A DNA stretch of 64,000 nt, taken from contig CBDDIJ010000003.1 of NCBI GenBank assembly GCA_965228855.1, forward strand, positions 3,104,001 through 3,168,000, read 5' to 3'. The notes under the pieces were generated by a model. It was not told the DNA's origin, did no database searches, and was given only the letters and a program-made list of their open reading frames with translations. Of the stretch, positions 32,711-41,290 are shown in pieces (position 1 is the first letter of the stretch; every line of letters starts with the position of its first letter). Made by a program: the position numbers and the translations under genes. The DNA comes from Candidatus Obscuribacterales bacterium (GTDB lineage Bacteria; Cyanobacteriota; Vampirovibrionia; Obscuribacterales; Obscuribacteraceae).

Positions 32711-32877
32711 TCTGGGTGTTTGAGAAGTGCAAATTGCCGGACGATCCTTATCTCGGCAGGCGCACAAGGTATCCCGTTGCAACTTTGCCGCTCAGACTGT
32801 GAATAGTCCGGCGCGACGAACGGTTTTGCAAGCCGCAGCAACACAGCGTTTCACACGTCCATCGGGAGCGCGTATAA

Positions 32878-33531
32878 GTGACTGTAGAAGAAATTATCAA
32901 AATGTTCGATCTGAAGCCGCATCCGGAAGGTGGCTTTTATCGAGAGACGTACAAGTGCGAGGACTTCGTTCCGACCGAGCAACTGCCGAGTCGATACACT
33001 CTCGTCACCGGTCCGCCCACCGACAAAAATTTCACACGTGAAACTCTAGAGTGGCAGGTGCCGCCGGAGATGGACAAGCGCGCGCAAGAACAGGCTGGAG
33101 CATCGGCAAGGCAAAGCGCAGCAGCAGTAGAAGAAGCGCCGGTGAAACCAGAAATTGGTCGCATCTGGAGCACTTGCATCTATTACCTTTTGACGCCGGA
33201 TACATTTTCCGCGATGCACAAATTGAAAGGCGATGAGATCTACCACTTCTATCTTGGTGATGCAGTGGAGATGTTGAACCTCCACCCGAATGGACGTTCA
33301 AAAATAATCAAGCTCGGACATGATATCGCCAATGGTGCCACCGTTCAGCACCTGGTTCCACATGGCATCTGGCAAGGCTCACGCCTTGTAGATGGCGGCA
33401 AGTTCGCACTAATGGGAACCACAATGGCGCCTGGTTTCATAGCCAAGGATTGTGAATTCGGATCGCGCAAAAAGCTTTCTCAAGAATGGACGGAGTGCGC
33501 AGACTTGATCGCAAAACTCACACGCGAATGA
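32878..33531 (+). CDS. Cupin_5 (DUF985) family protein
   Basis: LKPHPEGGFYRETY, TCIYYLL, DEIYHFYLG, GTTMAPGF. Confidence 0.9.
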   Translation: MTVEEIIKMFDLKPHPEGGFYRETYKCEDFVPTEQLPSRYTLVTGPPTDKNFTRETLEWQVPPEMDKRAQEQAGASARQSAAAVEEAPVKPEIGRIWSTCIYYLLTPDTFSAMHKLKGDEIYHFYLGDAVEMLNLHPNGRSKIIKLGHDIANGATVQHLVPHGIWQGSRLVDGGKFALMGTTMAPGFIAKDCEFGSRKKLSQEWTECADLIAKLTRE

Positions 33532-33553
33532 TGACGCGTAACCTGTACGTGAC

Positions 33554-34126
33554 ATGACTACAGAAGCCCAAGCGAGCAATTACAGAGCCGAAGAGTATCT
33601 TCGAGATGGGCGTCCCGTAACTATTCGCGCCATCCACGGTGAAGATAAACCGTTGTGGAAAGACATCTGGGAGCACATGAGCCCAACGTCTGTTTACTAT
33701 CGATTCTTCACGCCGAAAAAAGCAATCTCAGAACAAGAAGTCGCATATTTCACAGAACTCGACTTTATAACACACGTCGGTCTGATTGCTCTGGTGCATA
33801 ACCCATACATGCCAAACGAGGATCCCGCTGCCGCAGCGCGGTATCACGTATCAGACAAACAACAGGAAAGCGCCGAAATCGCATTCGGAGTAGAGGACAT
33901 TTATCACGGTCTCGGTTTAGGAACGCTTCTTCTCAAGCATCTTGCCATAATCGCGAGACAGTCAGGCATCAAAGAATTCAAAGCTTATGTTCTCGCTGAA
34001 AATTCAAAGATGTTGGAGGTATTCGAGAATTGCGGTTTGCCAATGTCTAAATCTCTGGCGGATTTCACAATGTGGGAAGTCACTCTTGATCTGAGTCAAC
34101 CGAGCGAATCCAAAAGCTCAACCTAG
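33554..34126 (+). CDS. GNAT N-acetyltransferase (Pat-type GNAT domain)
   Basis: LRDGRPVTIR, SVYYRFF, AEIAFGVEDIYHGLGLGT, VLAENSKML. Confidence 0.9.
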   Translation: MTTEAQASNYRAEEYLRDGRPVTIRAIHGEDKPLWKDIWEHMSPTSVYYRFFTPKKAISEQEVAYFTELDFITHVGLIALVHNPYMPNEDPAAAARYHVSDKQQESAEIAFGVEDIYHGLGLGTLLLKHLAIIARQSGIKEFKAYVLAENSKMLEVFENCGLPMSKSLADFTMWEVTLDLSQPSESKSST

Positions 34127-34302
34127 GCAGAGTGCCTACTTGCAAACGGGTCGCGCCGCGCACGGAGCTTCGCTGCCAGCGCGTCTTCACGCGCCTGTAA
34201 TTCTTTTTGCCGTATCGTGAAATCATCTGCCGATTCACCGCTTCTTCCATTGTTTTTGTCTCCACTACCTGAGGAGTCCCGGCCACCACAGCCGCCAGGT
34301 CC
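34123..34302 (-). other. In-frame extension (59 sense codons plus TAG) beyond the UGA of the upstream gene; possible Sec/readthrough C-terminus
   Basis: Frame stays open (GPGGCGGRDSSGSG...QKELQAREDALAAKLRARRDPFASRHSA*) and its TAG overlaps the GNAT stop. Confidence 0.55.
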
Positions 34303-34305
34303 TCA
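34270..34305 (-). promoter_or_regulatory. SECIS-like stem-loop beginning at the in-frame UGA
   Basis: UGAGGA/UCCUCA and CCUGGC/GCCGGG stems with a GU-rich apical loop. Confidence 0.45.
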
Positions 34306-34944
34306 ACCACCACCGGCGCTTCGCGCCATCGACATCTCGGGTCTGTCATGCACCACGTCCGAACGATGCTCCGCGCGTCGCTGCATTTCGCTTCGCAAAT
34401 CACCAGCCTCAGGCTTCGGAGCCTCAGACGTTTCGGATTTGTCACCATCGGCGGTGCCTGCCCCAGCATCACCGCGATTCATATCAACAGCATCTGCCTT
34501 ACAAGCTTTTGAATCGGATCTCGGAACACCGGCATCGGTATCACCGGCGTTGGTACCAGCCGCACTGGTCTCAGCAGCATTGGTCTCAGCAGTACTGGTA
34601 TCACCGAAACTGTTAACACCTCTGAGCGTGTCACCGGGCTTGGTATCACTGGAGCTGGTGTCAACGAGACTGGTATCACCAGTCCCATGAGCTCCAAGAC
34701 CACTGGTGGGCGAGCTACCATACAATTGATCGGTGCTCTGCAAACCTGCATTCAGGGACTCTTGCAGGTCATTCGAACTCTTCGAGGAATTGTCAGAGCT
34801 CGATGAAGAACCAGAGAGCGACGCAGCTTCGCGCATGTAACTCGAACCCAAGTCGCTGTATACACTCTGCATCGAGTTAACATCGCTTGTATTTGAAGGC
34901 GCGGCAACATTGTCCGACGCCTGTTCTGGCTGGAAGTTCGTCAT
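34303..34944 (-). CDS. Low-complexity Ser/Asp/Thr-rich hypothetical protein (may extend to 34123 through UGA)
   Basis: 213-aa ORF with xDT/xET pentapeptide-like repeats, ending SAGGG-UGA. Confidence 0.7.
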   Translation of the reverse strand: MTNFQPEQASDNVAAPSNTSDVNSMQSVYSDLGSSYMREAASLSGSSSSSDNSSKSSNDLQESLNAGLQSTDQLYGSSPTSGLGAHGTGDTSLVDTSSSDTKPGDTLRGVNSFGDTSTAETNAAETSAAGTNAGDTDAGVPRSDSKACKADAVDMNRGDAGAGTADGDKSETSEAPKPEAGDLRSEMQRRAEHRSDVVHDRPEMSMARSAGGG

Positions 34945-35117
34945 ACTCTTCGGTTCAAATACTAAAGGGGCGTTTGGATATTATGATTTTGAACTGTGAC
35001 CTTTTGGTACCTAAAATTAGGAAATTAAGTGTCACCTACGAGGAGCAGTCTTTGTTGATGTAGCCACTTTCTTCCAATACTTGCGCCAGCTGCCGCAGAA
35101 CACCATCCACTGCGCGA

Positions 35118-36158
35118 TCAGCCTAAGCGGTCCGCAATTAAGAAGAGATTGGGATACCGGGCGTGATTGAGCTTGGTGAAAGGAGCGAAGTTCTTGCGGC
35201 CGGCATACCAGGCCACGAATTCGCGAATTCCATCAGCGAAGTCAGTTGACGGTGCATAGCCGAGAAGGTCTCTTGCTTTGTCAGTGGCGGCGAATGTGTT
35301 TGAAACATCGCCGGTTTGCATGGGCTTATAAACCAAACGCGCTTTCTTTTTCAGATTCAACTCGATCTCAGCAATCATGTCGAGGAGTCGAACAGGTTCG
35401 CTTCGCCCGAGGTTTATAACTTCGAAACCTGGCTTGTGGAGGGACATTGCGCGCTCGATTCCATCAACGATATCGAGAACGTAAGTGTAATCGCGGAGTG
35501 TGTTTCCGTCGCCGTAAACTTCAATAGGTCTTCCATCATCAATCAGTTTGCAGAACTTATGTATTGCAAGGTCCGGTCTTTGACGAGGTCCGTACACTGT
35601 GAAGAAGCGCAGGGCGACTACGTTTAAACCTGTTCCATTTCTAAAAGCATGGCAAACCATTTCGCCTGCAATTTTAGATGCAGCGTAAGGTGACAAGGGA
35701 CGATCGGTCGGGTCTGTTTCCGAAAAGCGCTCAGCGACCCGCTCTCCATAGACCGAGCTGGAAGAGCCAAAGATCATCAAGGTGTGATCGGCGGTAGGAA
35801 TGAGTTTGTCTAACAGTCGCTGCGTGCCGAGGATGTTCACATCCATATATGTAGCCGGCTCAGCAATCGAAGGACGAACACCTGCCATGGCTGCAAGATG
35901 AACGACTACGTCAAAAGGCGGTCCATCAAAGGTTTCTTGCAAATCGACGGGGCTGCGAATATCGCCTTCGATCAAACGGAAGTTCGGATACACGACAAAC
36001 GGCGCGACGTTTTCGCGTTTGATGCCGACATCGTAGAAATCATTGAAGTTATCGAGAACGGTTACATCATTGCCGTTTTTTAGCAGTCTTTCGACCAGGT
36101 GGCTGCCGATGAAACCGGCTCCTCCCGTAACTAAAACTCGTTTTCCAGTGACTCGCAT
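35118..36158 (-). CDS. NAD-dependent epimerase (UDP-glucuronate 4-epimerase-like)
   Basis: TGGAGFIG, HLAAMAGVR, SSSSVYG, YAASK, RFFTVYGPRQRPDLA. Confidence 0.92.
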   Translation of the reverse strand: MRVTGKRVLVTGGAGFIGSHLVERLLKNGNDVTVLDNFNDFYDVGIKRENVAPFVVYPNFRLIEGDIRSPVDLQETFDGPPFDVVVHLAAMAGVRPSIAEPATYMDVNILGTQRLLDKLIPTADHTLMIFGSSSSVYGERVAERFSETDPTDRPLSPYAASKIAGEMVCHAFRNGTGLNVVALRFFTVYGPRQRPDLAIHKFCKLIDDGRPIEVYGDGNTLRDYTYVLDIVDGIERAMSLHKPGFEVINLGRSEPVRLLDMIAEIELNLKKKARLVYKPMQTGDVSNTFAATDKARDLLGYAPSTDFADGIREFVAWYAGRKNFAPFTKLNHARYPNLFLIADRLG

Positions 36159-36228
36159 TTAGAATCCTTACTGACTCCGGTTCCCCTTCACCACTCGCGC
36201 CCTTACGTCGGCGAGTTTTATCCTCGAT

Positions 36229-37317
36229 TCACCTCGCCGACCCAGGCGCGACATTTAGTTTCTTATCGACAACGTAAATGCGCTTGTCCTGGGACTCGTG
36301 GTAAGTTCGCATCAAAATTTCAGCCAGCAAGCCCATCAATATAAATTGAATTCCGACGATGAGGAACATCGCCGTCAGCACCGGCAGTGGTGTCTCGATG
36401 AAAGTATGTGTGTGGAAAACAAATTTTAGTGCCAGCATCCAGACGAATGCCGCTGTCGACATGCCGAGCATCAAGAATCCGGCCGTGCCGAAAACATAAA
36501 TTGGTTTAGTGAAGTAAGTCGACATAAACTTCACGGTGATCAAATCGAGGACGACTTTAAAAGTTCTCGACAAACCATATTTCGATTGACCAAATTGACG
36601 GGCGTGGTGCGTCACCGGAATTTCGGCAACTTTCGCGCCGAGCCATGTGGCGTAAATTGGCACGAAGCGATGCATTTCGCCATACAGTCGAACGTCTTTG
36701 ATCACTTCACGGCGGTACGCTTTTAGCGAACAACCATAATCATGCAGCGGAACTTGACTGATCACAGAAATAATTTTGTTGGCCGTCCACGATGGAATGA
36801 GTCGTGTCCAGAGCTCATCCTGACGGTCTTTACGCCAGCCGCTCACCACGTCGAAACCTTCATCCATTTTCTCGAGAAGGCGAGTAATGTCGACAGGATC
36901 ATTTTGCAAATCTGCATCCATAGGAATGATGATTTTGCCGGTCGAGTGATCGATACCTGCCGACAGCGCGGCTGTTTGACCAAAATTGCGGACGAATTTA
37001 ACCACTTTGACGCGCGGGTCGCGAGCGGCCAATCCTGTGAGGTGAGTAAAGGAGGCATCACGCGATCCATCATCTATAAAGATGAGCTCGAAGCTCCTGC
37101 CGACCTTGTCCATCGCCATTAGCAATTTGTCATATAGCGGATGGATATTGTCCTCTTCGTTAAGAACCGGTATCACAACTGACAGCTCTGGTTGTTCGGC
37201 TTCGTTCGTCATAGGCTCAAAACTGATTGTCGCGTCGGTTCCGGCGCGAACCGTCGGGTTCGCGTCAGCGACGTTGTTTGCGGAAGTGGTTTCGACCTGA
37301 AAGGCATTATTCGACAT
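36229..37317 (-). CDS. GT2 polyprenyl-phosphate glycosyltransferase (ArnC/GtrB-like)
   Basis: DDGSRD, RNFGQTAA, DADLQNDP, two C-terminal TMs. Confidence 0.92.
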   Translation of the reverse strand: MSNNAFQVETTSANNVADANPTVRAGTDATISFEPMTNEAEQPELSVVIPVLNEEDNIHPLYDKLLMAMDKVGRSFELIFIDDGSRDASFTHLTGLAARDPRVKVVKFVRNFGQTAALSAGIDHSTGKIIIPMDADLQNDPVDITRLLEKMDEGFDVVSGWRKDRQDELWTRLIPSWTANKIISVISQVPLHDYGCSLKAYRREVIKDVRLYGEMHRFVPIYATWLGAKVAEIPVTHHARQFGQSKYGLSRTFKVVLDLITVKFMSTYFTKPIYVFGTAGFLMLGMSTAAFVWMLALKFVFHTHTFIETPLPVLTAMFLIVGIQFILMGLLAEILMRTYHESQDKRIYVVDKKLNVAPGSAR

Positions 37318-37494
37318 GCGCCCATTATTGCCTCCCGGGAGCTCAAAATCTTACACCTTGGGATCTTTTCATCCTGCTCTTGAGATTTGTTCATCCAGCT
37401 CAGAAGGCGATGCCGGATAATACATCGAGCGGCTGTCATGTCCGGGCTTTTCTAAACCGAGACTAATGTTAAGCAAACCTCAGACAGTCGTCGA

Positions 37495-39492
37495 ATGGTC
37501 GCCGGAGATCCCGGCAAAAAAGAGGTCACCTCATTGACGGTAGCTTTAAAGTCGGAAGGCGTGAAAACGCAATTGGAAAAACCGAACTCGAATAACAATC
37601 AAAACGCCCGCCAAGATTTGCTCGCTTGCGGTGCCCTGACTACGGTTTGCATCTTTCTATATTTCGTAGGCTTGGGCGATTTCCCATTCATCGACCCATC
37701 TGAAGCCTATTATGTTGAAGCTTGCCGCGAAATGCTTCAGCTCGGCGATTACATCACGCCTCACCTCAACTATCAAATCTATTTTTCAAAACCGATTCTA
37801 AACTTTTGGCTGATCGCGGCATCATATAAGATGTTCGGACTGTCGGAATTCTCTGCGCGCCTGCCGTTCGCGATTCTCTCGACGGCGCTTGTGCTCGCCA
37901 CTTATTGGTTCGGAAAACGGTTATTATCCCAACGCGCAGGCTTCATAGCCGGTATCATTTGTGCAACCTCGCCTCTGCTCTTACTGGTTTCACGCAAGTC
38001 GTCGATCGACATCGTCTTTACGTTTTTCTTGAACGTGGCCGTTTTCGCAACAGCGCTCACAATTGCAAAACGGTCAAAATGGGCGTGGTTAGCTATTTAC
38101 GGCGCTATAGGTTTAGGAGTACTAGCAAAAGGACCAGCGACTCTAATTCTTTTTGGTGCAGGAATGTTTGCGTTCCTCGTGGTGTCACGACCATCATTTG
38201 CGAATCTTAAAAACTGGATTTTGGCATTGAAACCGCTTGCAGGCATCGCGATCTTTCTAGCTGTGGTGCTTCCCTGGCATATAGCTGTTTCAATGGCGAC
38301 TGATGGTTTATTCCTGAAAGTGTTCTTCTGGTATGAAAACCTTGCTCGCTTTCAGGGACGCACAAATTTTGGAACGGTGCGCTACTGGTTCTACCTCAGT
38401 GTGCTTGGTTATGGCTTCTTCCCCTGGATCACGCTTCTCATTCCAGCGATGTGGAACGCGATTGTCGGCGATAAATCGCCGGTTTCAGACGCAACGAGTT
38501 CAGCATCAACAAACACTCAGGGAAGTAATGTTCTCACATCATTGCTGCAACTAGCGTCGAGCGTCAGAAGACGTGCTGCAGACGATGGTCAAGCCCGCGC
38601 ATTGATATTGATAGCATCATGGAGTTTGACGACCTTCGCCTTCTTCAGTATCTCGAAGACACAGCTTGCGACGTACATACTCCCGTTCATTGCTCCGGCA
38701 TCATTGCTGGTGGCAGCACTCGTCGATGATTGGATGGTAAAAGGCTATGACAATCTCAACAAGCCGGCGAAATTCTGGCTGGGCCTTACTGCCTGGGTTT
38801 TCGCAATTGCCGGCTTTGCAGCTCTGCCTGGATCGATATTCTTCGCCGTAAAATATACAGAAGCATCACCCGTGGTGCGGGCTCTGGTGGTCGCCATAGG
38901 AATCGTCTTTGCAATCGGCGGAGTAAAACAGTTGATGGTCCTTCGCCAGGGTCAGATGGAAAGGTCAGCTAAATGGCTTGCAGCCACAACCGCAGTGGCG
39001 CTAGCGATTGGCACGCCAATCACTTTTGACTTAGCAGTGAACAAAACTCAAGGCAACCTCAAAGCCATTTCGCTTGAAGCAGGAAAAAGCCCTGACAAAA
39101 TTGCGATGTACGGAAACTTCATGCCGTCATCAATGTATTACGCTCAGAAACCGGTCGATACATTCTTCCATGGTCACCAGCTTCTTCCGGTCAAGCCCGC
39201 TCCAGCAGGCAAAGAGAACGTGTATCCATACGTTCAACAAGCGATACTGGTCCGTGACTCGGAATTGGAAGCGCTCAAAGCGACGGCGCCATGCCCTCTG
39301 GTCAGCGTAAAGAAAATCGGAAACTGGGGCTGGTACAGAACGCCAGGATATGAACTGGAATCCGTAAAAACTCTGGAAGACACTTTCAAGGATCCAGTTG
39401 CGTTCAAAATCATCATCAATGGCGAATCCCAGACTGGACCGCTCACGGTGCCCTACGCAGCCGGAAAGCTATACGAGAACGTCAACAAATAG
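37495..39492 (+). CDS. ArnT-like GT-C glycosyltransferase
   Basis: DPSEAYY..REM, KPIL.FW, LAKGP, polytopic membrane protein. Confidence 0.88.
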   Translation: MVAGDPGKKEVTSLTVALKSEGVKTQLEKPNSNNNQNARQDLLACGALTTVCIFLYFVGLGDFPFIDPSEAYYVEACREMLQLGDYITPHLNYQIYFSKPILNFWLIAASYKMFGLSEFSARLPFAILSTALVLATYWFGKRLLSQRAGFIAGIICATSPLLLLVSRKSSIDIVFTFFLNVAVFATALTIAKRSKWAWLAIYGAIGLGVLAKGPATLILFGAGMFAFLVVSRPSFANLKNWILALKPLAGIAIFLAVVLPWHIAVSMATDGLFLKVFFWYENLARFQGRTNFGTVRYWFYLSVLGYGFFPWITLLIPAMWNAIVGDKSPVSDATSSASTNTQGSNVLTSLLQLASSVRRRAADDGQARALILIASWSLTTFAFFSISKTQLATYILPFIAPASLLVAALVDDWMVKGYDNLNKPAKFWLGLTAWVFAIAGFAALPGSIFFAVKYTEASPVVRALVVAIGIVFAIGGVKQLMVLRQGQMERSAKWLAATTAVALAIGTPITFDLAVNKTQGNLKAISLEAGKSPDKIAMYGNFMPSSMYYAQKPVDTFFHGHQLLPVKPAPAGKENVYPYVQQAILVRDSELEALKATAPCPLVSVKKIGNWGWYRTPGYELESVKTLEDTFKDPVAFKIIINGESQTGPLTVPYAAGKLYENVNK

Positions 39493-39498
39493 CATACG

Positions 39499-41208
39499 AT
39501 GGAAACAAGCTCCGCAAACGCGACACAGGTCAACAGACCGGATTCGAAGAAGAAAGCATTCGACGGCATCACAGCTGTGATTGTAGTCTTCATAATCGCA
39601 ATCGGACTCCGATTCAATGGAATCACATTCGACAGCATGTGGCTCGACGAAGCCTATCAAACCATGGTTGACGCCATCGGCGTCGCGCCTAATGAACTCG
39701 AGATTCTCCGACCCGAGCCGTTTATCTATTCCCTAGGAGCGCCGGGAAGTCCTCAGCAATTGCTGGCGAATTTCCGAAACGTCGACCCCCTGTGCCCACC
39801 GCTATATTTTTTGCTGCTAAACAGGTGGATGACCGTATTCGGCACAGATGATTTCGCGGTCAGAAGTCTATCCGCGTTCATTTCCATAGCATCACTGGCG
39901 GTGCTTTATTTTGGAACGAGAAAACTGCTCGGTCCGAAGGTGGCGTTCTTCACGCTGCTCATACACGCGTTTTCGCCCTTTGACATAACGTACGCGCAGG
40001 AAGCGCGCATGTACGGTTTGGTAACACTTACATCTGCGGCATCCGGTTTAAGTCTCTTCTTTCTGATCGACGCCCTGGGCAATAACGCGACAATTGCGCG
40101 CCGCATAGGTCTAACCCTGCTCTACAGCATATCGACGGCAGCGTTGATAAACACACACTATACCGGCTTGTATGTGGTTCTTTTCCAGGGACTGTTCGGC
40201 ACCGCCTACAGTATCAGCAAACGAAACTTCGGCATGTTGTTCCAACTTGGCATTGCCTGGGCATTGGTCTGTCTTTTCTGGCTGCCCTGGTTTGATCTCT
40301 TCCGGCAGTCCGCAGGAAAACGAGGCAATTTCTATGTTACGCGCGACTCCGGGATTTTCTGGTCACTAAAGGGCGCGTTCAAAATCGTGTTGAACTGGAT
40401 CAACTTTATGAGCGGCGGGCGAATTGTCGCTTACGCAGCGCCGTTGTATGGAACGAGTGCCGTGCTCTTAGCCACGGCCGCATTTATCAGTTTCCCAAGC
40501 AAAGTTAGAAACGCAATCGTCGCCAAACTGCCATTACGCAGAGGTTCAAACACCGATCAGTTGGAAACGGAAACAGTCTCAACCACAGAGGTTGAAACCG
40601 ATGGCATACAAACGAAAGACCGCTCAAGCGCCATGATCTTTGTCTGGTGCTGGGCTCTGGTTCCCGCGCTCATCGCGTTAGCAAGTGACATCGCTGAATC
40701 GAGAAAAACCATCGAAGTGACGCGTTACCTTATGGGAACGGCACCTGCAGTTTTCATTCTGGCGGGCTGTGGGGCGCGCTATCTTGTCGAGAATGGTGGC
40801 AAACTCAAATGGTTTGTCGCTGCGCATATTCTCTTCACGCTCGTCAATTACACTTACGCGCATGCTGTTCCACAACGCGAGCCTTGGAAGCAGATGGCAG
40901 TCAAAATTGAAGAAAAGGTGCCGCCGACAGAGGTTCTATTCGTTAGTCCGCATTACAATCTGATTTGCATCGACCGGTATCTGAAGACGCCTAGAATGCA
41001 AGTCGGTACCGGGCCGCTACTCGGCAACCAGCAAGTCTACGCGATACTAAAAGGTCGCTACAGTTTCTGGTTGCTTACAGCTCAGCAAGGCTCGACCGTC
41101 ACAGCGTTCATACCACCGGAATTCCAACTGGTCGAGAGTCTGAAAATGAGTCACGGACTGGAACTCACTCACTACCAGGCACCCAAACCTGCCGCCGATC
41201 AAAAATAA
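39499..41208 (+). CDS. GT-C (family 39/PMT-like) glycosyltransferase
   Basis: SMWLDE, PPLYFLLL, RSLSA, YAQEARMY, THY. Confidence 0.88.
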   Translation: METSSANATQVNRPDSKKKAFDGITAVIVVFIIAIGLRFNGITFDSMWLDEAYQTMVDAIGVAPNELEILRPEPFIYSLGAPGSPQQLLANFRNVDPLCPPLYFLLLNRWMTVFGTDDFAVRSLSAFISIASLAVLYFGTRKLLGPKVAFFTLLIHAFSPFDITYAQEARMYGLVTLTSAASGLSLFFLIDALGNNATIARRIGLTLLYSISTAALINTHYTGLYVVLFQGLFGTAYSISKRNFGMLFQLGIAWALVCLFWLPWFDLFRQSAGKRGNFYVTRDSGIFWSLKGAFKIVLNWINFMSGGRIVAYAAPLYGTSAVLLATAAFISFPSKVRNAIVAKLPLRRGSNTDQLETETVSTTEVETDGIQTKDRSSAMIFVWCWALVPALIALASDIAESRKTIEVTRYLMGTAPAVFILAGCGARYLVENGGKLKWFVAAHILFTLVNYTYAHAVPQREPWKQMAVKIEEKVPPTEVLFVSPHYNLICIDRYLKTPRMQVGTGPLLGNQQVYAILKGRYSFWLLTAQQGSTVTAFIPPEFQLVESLKMSHGLELTHYQAPKPAADQK

Positions 41209-41290
41209 AACGATCCTTTCAAAACGACAAAACCGTTCCCCTTTCGTCTATTTATAGAGTACGGGTAGTCAGAAAGCGGTTGAAACGGTC

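Noticed and set aside
34080..34472. Frameshifted continuation of the 34944 gene
   Set aside because: It overlaps the GNAT gene by 47 nt and reads less plausibly than the in-frame continuation through the UGA.
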